Shown here: one piece after another, positions 16,165-26,581 of the stretch | Layout: every line of letters begins with the position of its first letter | Numbering within the stretch: the stretch's first letter is position 1 | Source: Archangium sp. | Lineage (GTDB): Bacteria; Myxococcota; Myxococcia; Myxococcales; Myxococcaceae | NCBI GenBank assembly: GCA_031367385.1 | Contig: JANLPS010000419.1 | Span: forward strand, 1-26,621 | DNA length: 26,621 nucleotides | Direction of reading: 5' to 3' | Position numbers and translations under genes: made by a program | Notes under the pieces: generated by a model | What the model saw: only the letters and a program-made list of their open reading frames with translations | What the model was told of the DNA's origin: nothing | Database searches by the model: none

Positions 16165-17919
16165 GTGATACCCGATTCTAAAATCGAAGAAATTCGAGAG
16201 CGCGTCGACATCATCGCGCTCGTGCAACGTCACGGCGTTGAGCTGAAGAAATCGGGTCGCAGCTACAAAGGGCTGTGCCCGTTTCACCAAGAAAAGTCGC
16301 CCAGCTTCTACGTTTTTCCCGAGGGCAAGCGGTTCAAGTGCTTCGGGTGCCAGGCCGGCGGAGACGCGATCAGCTTCGAGCAGCGGCTGTTGGGCAAGAC
16401 GTTTCTCGACACCGTGCGAGACCTCGCAAAAGAGATCGGCATCGATCTCGAGGCCTCGGTCGACCCGGCGATGCGCGAGAAGGCGCAGCTCAAAGAGGCC
16501 ACCGATTTCGCCGCCACCCGCTTTCAGCAGCACCTGTGGGACACCGCGGTCGGGCACCACGCGCGTGAGTACCTGCGCAGCCGCGGCCTGACCGAAGACG
16601 TGATGAAGGCGTTCGGCTTGGGCTGGTCACCCATGGCGTGGACTGACCTGGCCGACAAGCTGAGAGAGAGCGGGCTGTTGGCGTTCGGTGAAAAAGCCGG
16701 CCTGGTCTCGCCGCGCTCGAAGGGTGACGGGTACTACGACATGTTTCGGGGTCGGTTGATGATCCCGATCCGGTCTCCTGAAGGGCGCACGATTGCGTTC
16801 GGCGGCCGGTTGCTCGAGGGCGATGACGGGCCGAAGTACCTCAACTCGAAAGACTCGCGGCTCTACAACAAGTCAGACACGCTCTACGGCACCGACCTCG
16901 CGCGCGATGAGATTCGCAAGAAGAAGAGCGTGGTCTTGTGCGAGGGGTACTTCGACTGCATCGGGCTGCACCAGGCGGGCGTGAAGAACGCGGTGGCGCT
17001 GTGCTCGACGGCGCTGACTCCCGGGCATTTGGCGTTGTTGCATCGGCTCGAGGCCAAAGAGCTGGTGCTGCTGCTCGATGGTGACGACGCCGGTCGCAAG
17101 GCGGTCGAGCGGTTGGCGGGGCCGATTCTGGCGGGTGGCGTCGCGTCGCGGGTGGCCGTGCTGCCCGATGGAGAAGACCCTGACACCTGGGCACGCAAGG
17201 TCGGGCCCGAGGCGGTTCAGAAGCTGGTCTCGACCGCGCCGACGTTGACCGAGCACTTGTTCACGACGGTGTTGCCCGAGGGGCCTTCGGCGTCGTTCGA
17301 AGGCAAGATGGCGGCGCTCGATCGGTTGCGGCCGATTGTCGCGATGTTGCCGGTCGGGTTGATGCGCAGCGCCTTTTTCGGAGCGTTGTCGCGGCACTCG
17401 GGGCTCCCCGCGGCTGAGCTCGAAATCGAGATGCGCGGCAAACCGAGTCAGGTCGTGAAGGCGGTGCCCAAGCCAGGAGTGACCGGGCCGAAGGAGCCTC
17501 CTCCGGATCAATTCGAATCAGCCTTCGCGGCGATGGTGCTGCGCAACCGGGCGCTGCTGCAGCGAGATGTCTTTCGCGTGGCCGACGAGCTCAAGCACAT
17601 GGGTGTGCGCACGTTGGTCGCTGGGCTGCAGTCAGGTCAGAGCCCTGAAGACTGTCTGTACGAAGCGTCTGAGGTACTCAAAGGTGCGCTCCAGAAATCG
17701 CGCGATCAGTTGCCGACCGAAGACGCGTCGATGGAACAGGCCTTTGGCACCGTCTGTCGCAGGCTCAAATTGCGGGCGATTGAAGAGCAGCTGCAACGAA
17801 TCGCGCGTGAAACTGGCCAAGTGCCCGGAGTGAATGAGCTGACCGCCGATGCCCGGCTACTGCTCGAAGAACGCGGTCAATTGTTGGCCCTCAAACGCGA
17901 GCTGATGGCTCAAAAGTAG
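16165..17919 (+). CDS. dnaG: DNA primase
   Basis: GLCPFHQEKSPSF, FKCFGCQAGGD zinc finger; FRGRLMIPI, AFGGR, PKYLNS, CEGYFD, LDGDDAG, EDPD (TOPRIM). Confidence 0.97.
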   Translation: MIPDSKIEEIRERVDIIALVQRHGVELKKSGRSYKGLCPFHQEKSPSFYVFPEGKRFKCFGCQAGGDAISFEQRLLGKTFLDTVRDLAKEIGIDLEASVDPAMREKAQLKEATDFAATRFQQHLWDTAVGHHAREYLRSRGLTEDVMKAFGLGWSPMAWTDLADKLRESGLLAFGEKAGLVSPRSKGDGYYDMFRGRLMIPIRSPEGRTIAFGGRLLEGDDGPKYLNSKDSRLYNKSDTLYGTDLARDEIRKKKSVVLCEGYFDCIGLHQAGVKNAVALCSTALTPGHLALLHRLEAKELVLLLDGDDAGRKAVERLAGPILAGGVASRVAVLPDGEDPDTWARKVGPEAVQKLVSTAPTLTEHLFTTVLPEGPSASFEGKMAALDRLRPIVAMLPVGLMRSAFFGALSRHSGLPAAELEIEMRGKPSQVVKAVPKPGVTGPKEPPPDQFESAFAAMVLRNRALLQRDVFRVADELKHMGVRTLVAGLQSGQSPEDCLYEASEVLKGALQKSRDQLPTEDASMEQAFGTVCRRLKLRAIEEQLQRIARETGQVPGVNELTADARLLLEERGQLLALKRELMAQK

Positions 17920-17929
17920 GTCTCCCAAA

Positions 17930-19393
17930 ATGAGATTCTTGTTTGCCATGCTCATCGCGCTCGCGCCATGTGCCTTCGCTGGTGACGTCACCACCGCCGC
18001 CGGGCTGCGCGATGCGATTTCGAACGCGACTCCGGGTACCGTCATTCATTTGGGGCCGGGGCACTATGCCATCACCTCAGCGATGTGGACGGGCGCGGCT
18101 GGCACGGCGTCGCAGCCGATTCGAATCACTTCTGACGACGTGGCCACTGCGGTGATCGACGTCGACGCGCAAGAAGGCCTCGTGATCAACCACGCCTACT
18201 GGGTCGTCGAAAAAGTGTGGATCAACGGCGTTTGCGCGGGCGGTTGCAATGACTCCGCCGGGCTGCACCTCAAGAATACGTCTGATCATTTCATCGGCCG
18301 AAACATGCGGGTCACCAACTTTGGCGAGAACATCAAAGGTGACCGCACGCCCGACAAAGAGGTCTCCGATTCAGCGATTTTCGACAGCGAGCTCTCAAAC
18401 ACCGCTCCCGAAATGAGCGGAGGCGGCACCGCGATTGACTTGGTCGGCGGCAAGCGGTGGCGCATCGCTGGCAACTACGTGCACGACTACGCCCGAGACG
18501 GCGTGCACTACGCCATCTTCTTGAAGGGTGGCACCTCGGCCGGGGTGATTGAAAAGAACCTGGTGATCGGCGCGAAGGTCTTGCCGCATGGCTCGGGCGC
18601 CGAGGTCGGCATCTCGTTTGGCGGTGGCGGCACCGGGCCGCAGTTCTGCGATACGACCAACCAGGGCGCCTCGTTCTGCACCTGTGAAGATTTCAATGGG
18701 GTCGCGCGAAACAACCTGGTGATCGACGTGAATGACTCGGCTTTTCACTCGAAGGTCGCCTGCGGCAGCCAGTTCTTGAACAACACGGTGGTCGGCTCGA
18801 GCCCCGGCTTGCAGGTGCAGATCGCAAGCACCGGCGCACCGGTCGAGGCGCACAACAACGTGTTCAGCGGAGGCATCAGCGGGCCCGCGACCGCCAGCGA
18901 CAACCTGCTCAACGTGTCGGCGTTCGGGCCGTTGTACGCCAACGTGGCGGCGTACGACTTCGCCGAGGGCACTGCGGCCGGGGCAATCAAAGACAAGGGC
19001 CCAGCGCTGGCGAAGGTGACCGACGACTACTTCGGGTCACCCCGGGTCGGGCCGAACGACTGGGGTGCGATCGAGTTCCCCGCTCGGGGCGCGGTGTGGC
19101 CGTGGGGGTCTGTGTCTCATTCGGGCGGGGGCCCCGACGCGGGCGTCGATGCAGGCATTCAGACCGGCCCGAGTGATTCGGGCGTAGTGAGCCCTTTGAG
19201 CGATGCCGGTGCTCTGAGCGATGCCGGCGTCGACGGAGGCCGGGTGAATGTCGGCAACATCGACCCGGGGTTGAGCCCGTGCGGTGGGTGCTCGGGCGCT
19301 CCGGGCGCGGCAATAAGCGCGCTGGTCTTCGGGTTGTGGTCGCTCACCCGAAGGAGCGGCTCGGGAAAAGGCAGCAAAAACGAACGGTTGTAA
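17930..19393 (+). CDS. Secreted right-handed beta-helix (pectate lyase/chondroitinase B-like) protein with MYXO-CTERM-like tail
   Basis: Signal peptide MRFLFAMLIALAPCAFA; LRDAISNATPGTVIHLGPGHY start typical of beta-helix proteins; IAGNYVHD, IEKNLV, ARNNLV, FLNNTV repeats; DAG-rich linker; C-terminal GGCS..PG + hydrophobic stretch + RR. Confidence 0.75.
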   Translation: MRFLFAMLIALAPCAFAGDVTTAAGLRDAISNATPGTVIHLGPGHYAITSAMWTGAAGTASQPIRITSDDVATAVIDVDAQEGLVINHAYWVVEKVWINGVCAGGCNDSAGLHLKNTSDHFIGRNMRVTNFGENIKGDRTPDKEVSDSAIFDSELSNTAPEMSGGGTAIDLVGGKRWRIAGNYVHDYARDGVHYAIFLKGGTSAGVIEKNLVIGAKVLPHGSGAEVGISFGGGGTGPQFCDTTNQGASFCTCEDFNGVARNNLVIDVNDSAFHSKVACGSQFLNNTVVGSSPGLQVQIASTGAPVEAHNNVFSGGISGPATASDNLLNVSAFGPLYANVAAYDFAEGTAAGAIKDKGPALAKVTDDYFGSPRVGPNDWGAIEFPARGAVWPWGSVSHSGGGPDAGVDAGIQTGPSDSGVVSPLSDAGALSDAGVDGGRVNVGNIDPGLSPCGGCSGAPGAAISALVFGLWSLTRRSGSGKGSKNERL

Positions 19394-19556
19394 TTAGACC
19401 GTGCAGGTGAAATGAGAACCGCCGACCTGATCACGCGGCAATGTCACAGAAGCGATCGATGAGACGTTGAAGTTTGAGTGGTTATTTGTCACAGGGCCGG
19501 CTCCTGAGGTAACAGCCAGCCGCTCGCCCTTACCCTTCCCGCGGGGAGTCTTCGAA

Positions 19557-21728
<2,172 letters not shown>

Positions 21729-21737
<9 letters not shown>

Positions 21738-21769
21738 GCCCTGAGGAGCTCTCGCTGAGAGCTGAGCCC
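21729..21769. repeat. 13-bp direct repeat GAGAGCTGAGCCC spanning the rpoD stop (28-bp period)
   Basis: Copies at 21729-21741 and 21757-21769. Confidence 0.7.
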
Positions 21770-21778
21770 GAGTGCGAC

Positions 21779-21804
21779 TCTCATCCTGAGCCTGTCGAAG
21801 GACG
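21779..21804. repeat. REP-like hairpin element, copy 3 (TCTCATCCTGAGCCTGTCGAAGGACG)
   Basis: Same loop GAGCCTGTCGA and flanks as copies 1 and 2, with compensatory GG/CC to CC/GG stem swap. Confidence 0.8.
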
Positions 21805-21841
21805 GCGGCGGCCCTCATTGGGGGTCGCCGTTGTCGCGTTT
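21801..21841 (+). terminator. Probable terminator hairpin after rpoD
   Basis: GACGGCGGCGGCCCTC-att-GGGGGTCGCCGTTGTC (16 bp with G-U pairs that work on the + strand), then GCGTTT. Confidence 0.55.
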
Positions 21842-21860
21842 GGTGGCTACGGTTCTGCCC

Positions 21861-22823
21861 GTGAGCACTGACGACCTGCAGAAGCGAATCGAGCGGCTGG
21901 GGAACCGGCTGCTCGTCGACATCGAGACCTGGGAGGCGAGGCAACCGGTCGCCCCCGCGCCCGTGCAGAGCCAGCCGCTGTCGCGCCGTGAAGAGAAAAA
22001 GGCCCGCCGCGACGCCCTCCGAGCCGAGAAACGCAAAGAGGAGATCGACAACGCGTCGGTACCAGCCGCGGTGATCTCGCTCATCGTCGCCTTCGCCTGC
22101 TTCTCCTTTGCGATGTCGAACCCCCACCTGTGGTGGATCATCTTCGTCGGGTTCGGCTTCGCCTCGACGGGTGCGCGTCAGCTGACGCACGCGCGGCGGC
22201 GTGCCGGTGCCACCCTCCCCGGCTCGCAGAACGTGGTGCAGCGGCTGGAGTCACAGGCGGCGCCCAATGACATCGACCCGCTGTGCGATCGGCTGCTGAG
22301 CGACCTGAAGGCGAGCCCCGAGGCGGTGCGGGCCTTCGTGGTCAACCCCGAGCAAACCATCGAGTCGTTGCGATCGACCTGCCATGCCCTTGCGGCGCGG
22401 CGACAGCAACTCGCCGGTGAGCGGGCGCTCGAGCGCATCACCGATGTCGAGCGCCAGAAGCGAGATCTGACCCTGCGGCGCGATGCGGCCGGCGATGAAA
22501 TGGCGCGGCAGAAATTGACCGGTGCCCTCGGCTCGCTCGATGCCCAAGTGACCGCCCTGCGGCAGCTCGGCGCGGCGTATGAGCGGGTCGACGGTGAATA
22601 CACCTCGTTGCTGGTGACGCTGCAGGAGCTGAGAACGCGCATTTCATTGGCGAAATCGGCGGGGAGCAGCGTGCAGCTCGAGGGCCTCAAGCAGAGCGTG
22701 ACCCGGCTGGGCGCAGAGCTCGAGGCGATCACCGGAGCGCTCGAGAGCGCGCCTTCGCAGCAGGCCGTGGCACCGGTTGGCGAGGCTGATTCAGCGGCCC
22801 CGAGCGAGCGTGTTCGGTCGTGA
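21861..22823 (+). CDS. Hypothetical membrane protein (2 TM helices followed by a long coiled coil)
   Basis: Long ORF; hydrophobic AAVISLIVAFACFSFAM and LWWIIFVGFGFA; heptad-like L/E/R-rich C-terminal half. GTG at 21861 chosen because the TTG at 21831 lies in the hairpin. Confidence 0.7.
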   Translation: MSTDDLQKRIERLGNRLLVDIETWEARQPVAPAPVQSQPLSRREEKKARRDALRAEKRKEEIDNASVPAAVISLIVAFACFSFAMSNPHLWWIIFVGFGFASTGARQLTHARRRAGATLPGSQNVVQRLESQAAPNDIDPLCDRLLSDLKASPEAVRAFVVNPEQTIESLRSTCHALAARRQQLAGERALERITDVERQKRDLTLRRDAAGDEMARQKLTGALGSLDAQVTALRQLGAAYERVDGEYTSLLVTLQELRTRISLAKSAGSSVQLEGLKQSVTRLGAELEAITGALESAPSQQAVAPVGEADSAAPSERVRS

Positions 22824-23101
22824 CGCCGTGGGTCGCGAAGGTGAATGCGGTGATTCGCGCGATACCGCGAGGTCGAACCCTCGGGTACGCGCAGGTGGCC
22901 TTGCTCGCCGGTAAACCGGGAGCGGCCCGAGCGGTGGTGCGGGCGCTCCATTCGATGCCGCGGGGGGCTCCCTGGTGGCGGGTGACCCGGTCAGATCGCA
23001 CGCTGGCGACCCAAATTGCGACCGAGCAGAGGCGTCGGCTGGCGGCCGAGGGCGTGAAATTCGAGAAAAATCGCGTACCTCCGGGCTCTCGCTGGGCCTG
23101 A
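22820..23101 (+). CDS. MGMT-family alkyltransferase-like (ATL) protein
   Basis: IRAIPRGRTLGYAQVA.LAG.PGAARAV, PWWRV in place of catalytic PCHRV, QRRRL.AEGV; GTGA overlap with the upstream gene. Confidence 0.85.
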   Translation: MTPWVAKVNAVIRAIPRGRTLGYAQVALLAGKPGAARAVVRALHSMPRGAPWWRVTRSDRTLATQIATEQRRRLAAEGVKFEKNRVPPGSRWA

Positions 23102-23161
23102 GCGCAGGGTTTGTGGCCCAGGCCGTTGCCTCGCCGTGAGCGCAAGTGCGACAGTTCGGCG

Positions 23162-23443
23162 ATGCTGCCTCCATTCAAGGTGTCTCCGACGATCACCGGG
23201 CCTCGGGCCGCGACCACGGCGGTCACGCCGCTGACTCCGGGGTCGACGAGTAAATTCGCGAGCACGCTGGCTTCGAAAAAAGAGGCTGCTTCCGCGGTGG
23301 CCGACGACAACGGTGGCTCAGCACCGCCGCCGAACACCGAGGCCGAACAAGCGCTCGAGACGTTTCAAAAGTTCAAAGAGGGGTTCATTCGAAGCTGCTC
23401 GGTCTTGGCTCCGGCCGAGATGCCAGATTCGGTTGAAGGCTGA
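23162..23443 (+). CDS. Small hypothetical protein (low-complexity N-terminus)
   Basis: Only ORF filling the gap in a plausible way; no recognisable motif; 3' end overlaps the convergent hydrolase. Confidence 0.4.
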   Translation: MLPPFKVSPTITGPRAATTAVTPLTPGSTSKFASTLASKKEAASAVADDNGGSAPPPNTEAEQALETFQKFKEGFIRSCSVLAPAEMPDSVEG

Positions 23444-24279
23444 AACAACCCTTCGGCGAACCGCGGCCAGAGCGTGTCGCGAAACCGGGGGTTGAAGGCT
23501 CCGAAGTGACCGATGGCTTTGACGTTGAGCTCTCGTGGTGAGACATGCCGCCGATCGAGCGAGGCGTTTTCAAACAAGCGGTGCAGCCGGTCGACGGCCT
23601 CTTTGGGCGCGAAGCTGGCGTCGTCCGTGAAGCTCCACGCTTGAATCGGCACCGAGAGGCGTGAGAACCCGGCTGCGGGCACTCCGTCGCCGATGAAGAC
23701 TTCGGGTTGGCGACACCAGCGGGCCCACTCGAGCGCGACCTGCTTCGGGAGATCTTCGCCGATGCCCAGCTGGCGCGGCAGATACCCGAAGGCGTGAGTC
23801 GCGGTCGGCATCACCAGGTGCCAGAGCGCCCACATCGGGGGTTGCTTGAGCCCTGGCCACGACCGCCAGTACCCCGACTGCGAGGCGACGGTCACCGCGC
23901 GCTTCAGAATCGTGTTGCTGGGGGCGAAGCCGAGAATCTGGCCTCCGACGCTGTGACCGAGCACGACCCGCTCGCGGTGAGGGGCGAAGGTGTCGGCGAA
24001 GCGGAGCACCCCTTCGAAGTCGAGCTGCCCCCAGTCGCGCATGCGGCCGTCGAAACCGCGCAGCTGGTGCGGCCGAGACTCGCCGATGCCTCGATAGTCG
24101 TAGGTGATGACGGTGGCGCCCTGGTCGCAGAGGTATTGAGCGAAGCGGGCGTAGTACTTCTGCTTCACGCCGGTGGCGCTGTTGATGATGACGATCGGCC
24201 CCGTCTCTTGCGGGTGGGTGAATATGGTGGCGCCGAGCGCGTAGCCATCGCTGGCGCTGATTCGAATCGGTTCGGGCAT
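23365..24279 (-). CDS. Predicted alpha/beta hydrolase (COG4757-like)
   Basis: ASDGYALGA, INSATGVKQKYY.RFA, TYDYRGIGES, nucleophile GHSVGG, GEDLP..VALEWARWC, IGHFGAF; GGAG RBS before ATG 24279. Confidence 0.88.
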   Translation of the reverse strand: MPEPIRISASDGYALGATIFTHPQETGPIVIINSATGVKQKYYARFAQYLCDQGATVITYDYRGIGESRPHQLRGFDGRMRDWGQLDFEGVLRFADTFAPHRERVVLGHSVGGQILGFAPSNTILKRAVTVASQSGYWRSWPGLKQPPMWALWHLVMPTATHAFGYLPRQLGIGEDLPKQVALEWARWCRQPEVFIGDGVPAAGFSRLSVPIQAWSFTDDASFAPKEAVDRLHRLFENASLDRRHVSPRELNVKAIGHFGAFNPRFRDTLWPRFAEGLFQPSTESGISAGAKTEQLRMNPSLNF

Positions 24280-24283
24280 GCTC

Positions 24284-24304
24284 AATGTCTCCACTGGCGA
24301 CATT
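24284..24304. promoter_or_regulatory. 21-bp imperfect palindrome AATGTC-TCCACTGGC-GACATT, candidate TetR operator
   Basis: 9 of 10 symmetric positions pair; overlaps the hydrolase RBS, 4 bp from its ATG. Confidence 0.6.
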
Positions 24305-24348
24305 AACGACGTGTGGTTGCGAGCACAAGACGGTGGTATCTGGCGGGC

Positions 24349-24810
24349 ATGAACAAAATCGCCCGTTGTTGCGCGGCATTGACCCTGACCTCGGCCTGTC
24401 TGCAGCCGACGGTTGAAGGGCGAACCGATGGAGGGCAGGCGGTCACTGACGCAGGCGTGGCGTACTTCGGGGTCGCGCACAAAGATTGCGGCCCCACCGA
24501 TGGCCCGGCGACGACGTTCACCTTGAGCACGCAGCCGCTGACCTGCGACAAGCCATCGATCGAAGGGTTCTTCGTGACGGTCTATTCGCGCTCGCTGAGG
24601 CAAGGTGATGCGTTTTCGTTGCCCGCGATGGGCACGGCGTGTCAGTGCGGAGTGATCGCGAACCGGGCGACGCAAGGCGTGGTGGTGATTGACTCTGTGA
24701 CCGACGGCGGGCTGAGCGGGCACCTCAATGCGACCTTCGGCACCGGGGGCGTGATCGACCAGCCGTTCAATGTGGTGGTCTGCGAAGACGGCGTCGTGCT
24801 CTGCGGGTGA
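24349..24810 (+). CDS. Putative lipoprotein or secreted Cys-containing protein
   Basis: MNKIARCCAALTLTSAC lipobox-like N-terminus, DGG/DAG linker, beta-rich body. Confidence 0.6.
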   Translation: MNKIARCCAALTLTSACLQPTVEGRTDGGQAVTDAGVAYFGVAHKDCGPTDGPATTFTLSTQPLTCDKPSIEGFFVTVYSRSLRQGDAFSLPAMGTACQCGVIANRATQGVVVIDSVTDGGLSGHLNATFGTGGVIDQPFNVVVCEDGVVLCG

Positions 24811-24819
24811 GAACGGGTT

Positions 24820-25470
24820 CTACACGGTCGCCCGAAGGCCCCTGAAGAACGGGGCGAAGACGAGCTGCCCCCACGACTCGAGGAGCGCGCGCTTGACCTT
24901 GATGCGGCGCACCAGGGTCAGCGACGCGAACCCATGGGCGAGTGACCAGAAACCGAACACGGTCTCGAGCACGGGTGTCTCGGCGAGCTCACCGCTGGTC
25001 TGACCTGAGCGAAATTCGGTGTCGAGCACGGCATAGGCGCGGCCCACGAGCTCTTCGAGCACGGGAAAGCGGCCGTCTTCATTGAGGCGGCGGCCGAACA
25101 TGATTCGGTACTGCGAGGGGTGATCAACGGCGAAGACCACGTAGGCGGTCGCGATGGCGCGCAGCCGGCGCTCGGCAGTGGCGCGGCGGCGTTGGGTGAG
25201 CACGGCGTCGATGTCGGTGAGCAGCGCGCGGTAGCCTTCTTCAGCGACAGCGGCGAGCAGTGCGGTCTTGTCAGCAAAGTGCCGGTAGGCAGCCCGGTGA
25301 TTCACACCGACCCGGCGAGAGACCTCGCGCAAAGTGATGTCTTCGGGGTTGCCGCCTTCGCTCTCGATGACGGCGATGGCGGCGTCGACCATGGCCCGGC
25401 GAAGGTCTCCGTGGTGGTAGGTGACTCGCTTTTTGGTTCGACGAGAGGCCACGCCGGCGTTGTACCTCAT
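24820..25470 (-). CDS. TetR/AcrR-family transcriptional regulator (WHG-type C-terminus)
   Basis: YHHGDLRRAMVDAA...ITLREVSRRVGVNHRAAYRHFADKTALL; YRIMFG; WSLAHGFASL. Start may be GTG at 25452. Confidence 0.92.
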   Translation of the reverse strand: MRYNAGVASRRTKKRVTYHHGDLRRAMVDAAIAVIESEGGNPEDITLREVSRRVGVNHRAAYRHFADKTALLAAVAEEGYRALLTDIDAVLTQRRRATAERRLRAIATAYVVFAVDHPSQYRIMFGRRLNEDGRFPVLEELVGRAYAVLDTEFRSGQTSGELAETPVLETVFGFWSLAHGFASLTLVRRIKVKRALLESWGQLVFAPFFRGLRATV

Positions 25471-25520
25471 GTCAGGAAGACCTACGTCTGGCGCGTCAGC
25501 CGCTGTAGAGTGTAACGCTC

Positions 25521-25592
25521 GGGCTCTTAGCTCAACGGTAGAGCTGGCGGCTCATAACCGCTAGGTTGCAGGTTCGAATCCTGCAGGGCCCA
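25521..25592 (+). tRNA. tRNA with CAT anticodon, probably tRNA-Ile2 (lysidine-modified); CCA not encoded
   Basis: Acceptor GGGCTCT/AGGGCCC plus A73, D arm GCTC/GAGC, anticodon arm GGCGG-CTCATAA-CCGCT, T arm GCAGG-TTCGAAT-CCTGC. Paired G1-C72 and no triple G-C anticodon stem argue against fMet; resembles E. coli ileX. Confidence 0.93.
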
Positions 25593-25728
25593 TAGGGAAA
25601 ACGCTCAAAAGCGGCTGCAATACCCACTCAGTACCCACTGACCTCGGCGCCTTGACACTCACAGGGGGCCATCGGCGATCGTCTCTGAACGCCGGCACTC
25701 TCGCCGGCCTGAACGAAAGCCCGCCCCA

Positions 25729-26019
25729 GTGAACGCCACCCCCGCCCCCACCTTTCAACCCGGCATGCTCGTCACCTCGTTGGTCGAGATCATCGAAGAG
25801 GGGTTCTTGCGCGAAGGCGTTGACTACACGCACGCGATACCCCGCGACCTCGGCGTTGTGCAGATGGTCGACGGCGACGCCCTCACAGTGCTCTGGCATA
25901 ACACCCGTTCGGTTTGCGACGTCGACTGCCTCGAGGTGAAGATCGCCGTCGAGGGTGGCTCGTCGTCGCCGAGCGGTTTGCGCAGGCCGGGCAAGCCCAA
26001 GGGCACCCCGAAAGCTTGA
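25729..26019 (+). CDS. Small hypothetical protein
   Basis: 96-aa ORF with globular, beta-strand-like composition; no recognised family. Confidence 0.5.
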   Translation: MNATPAPTFQPGMLVTSLVEIIEEGFLREGVDYTHAIPRDLGVVQMVDGDALTVLWHNTRSVCDVDCLEVKIAVEGGSSSPSGLRRPGKPKGTPKA

Positions 26020-26086
26020 ATGAATTGGTGGAGGGAAGGGATGAGGTCGCTGGCCTCGAGGCCCCGATTTCCGCCATGCTCGCGGA

Positions 26087-26581
26087 ATGCTCGATTCTGC
26101 GTCCCTCATCGCACCCCTCCTCGCCGCCATCCTGGCTCTGAGTGGTCAGGGCCTGATCGGGATTGTGCGCGCCGGTTGGACGTCGCGCGCCGCCAAACAG
26201 AAGGTCAAGTCAGCATTGACACGCGCACTGACTGAACTCGAGTGGGAGTTCAGCCGTTTCCAAAGCTTCTGCACCGAACCGGCGAATCAAGGCGTTTACG
26301 AAGGACGCCTGACAGAGTGTCTAAATGCTTTCTTGGCGGCAATTGGCGACGCTCGTTCGCTGCTCAGCCAGGGTGTCGTCGACGCCTCGGCAGCAGCTCT
26401 GGCCGAGTTCGAGGAAGAGATCGAGAATTGGGGTCGAGCCGACTCAATGGACCTGATTCTTGATGGACCTCCGGGCGGGGGAGTGTTGTTGACCGCGTTG
26501 TTTGATCGGCAGGTCACCACGCTGTTTCGTGACGCGGTCAGTGCGATTGGCCGAATTGCGCTGCCGCGTGAAATAGCGTGA
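26087..26581 (+). CDS. Hypothetical protein with N-terminal hydrophobic helix
   Basis: LIAPLLAAILALSGQGLIGIV followed by a helical acidic region; atypical codon usage. Confidence 0.5.
   Translation: MLDSASLIAPLLAAILALSGQGLIGIVRAGWTSRAAKQKVKSALTRALTELEWEFSRFQSFCTEPANQGVYEGRLTECLNAFLAAIGDARSLLSQGVVDASAAALAEFEEEIENWGRADSMDLILDGPPGGGVLLTALFDRQVTTLFRDAVSAIGRIALPREIA

Noticed and set aside
19467..19556. TTG-started extension of RpoD
   Set aside because: Likely promoter/leader DNA; the RBS precedes ATG 19557.
24280..24723. Long N-terminal extension of the hydrolase in the 452-aa ORF
   Set aside because: Antisense to the lipoprotein gene; family similarity begins at MPEPIRI.
25686..25735. Three TGAACG hexamers and a small GCCGGC hairpin
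   Set aside because: Short and irregularly spaced; cannot be distinguished from chance.
25561..26130. 189-aa minus strand ORF ending MGPAGFEPAT
   Set aside because: The ending is the antisense translation of the tRNA T arm, a known artefact.
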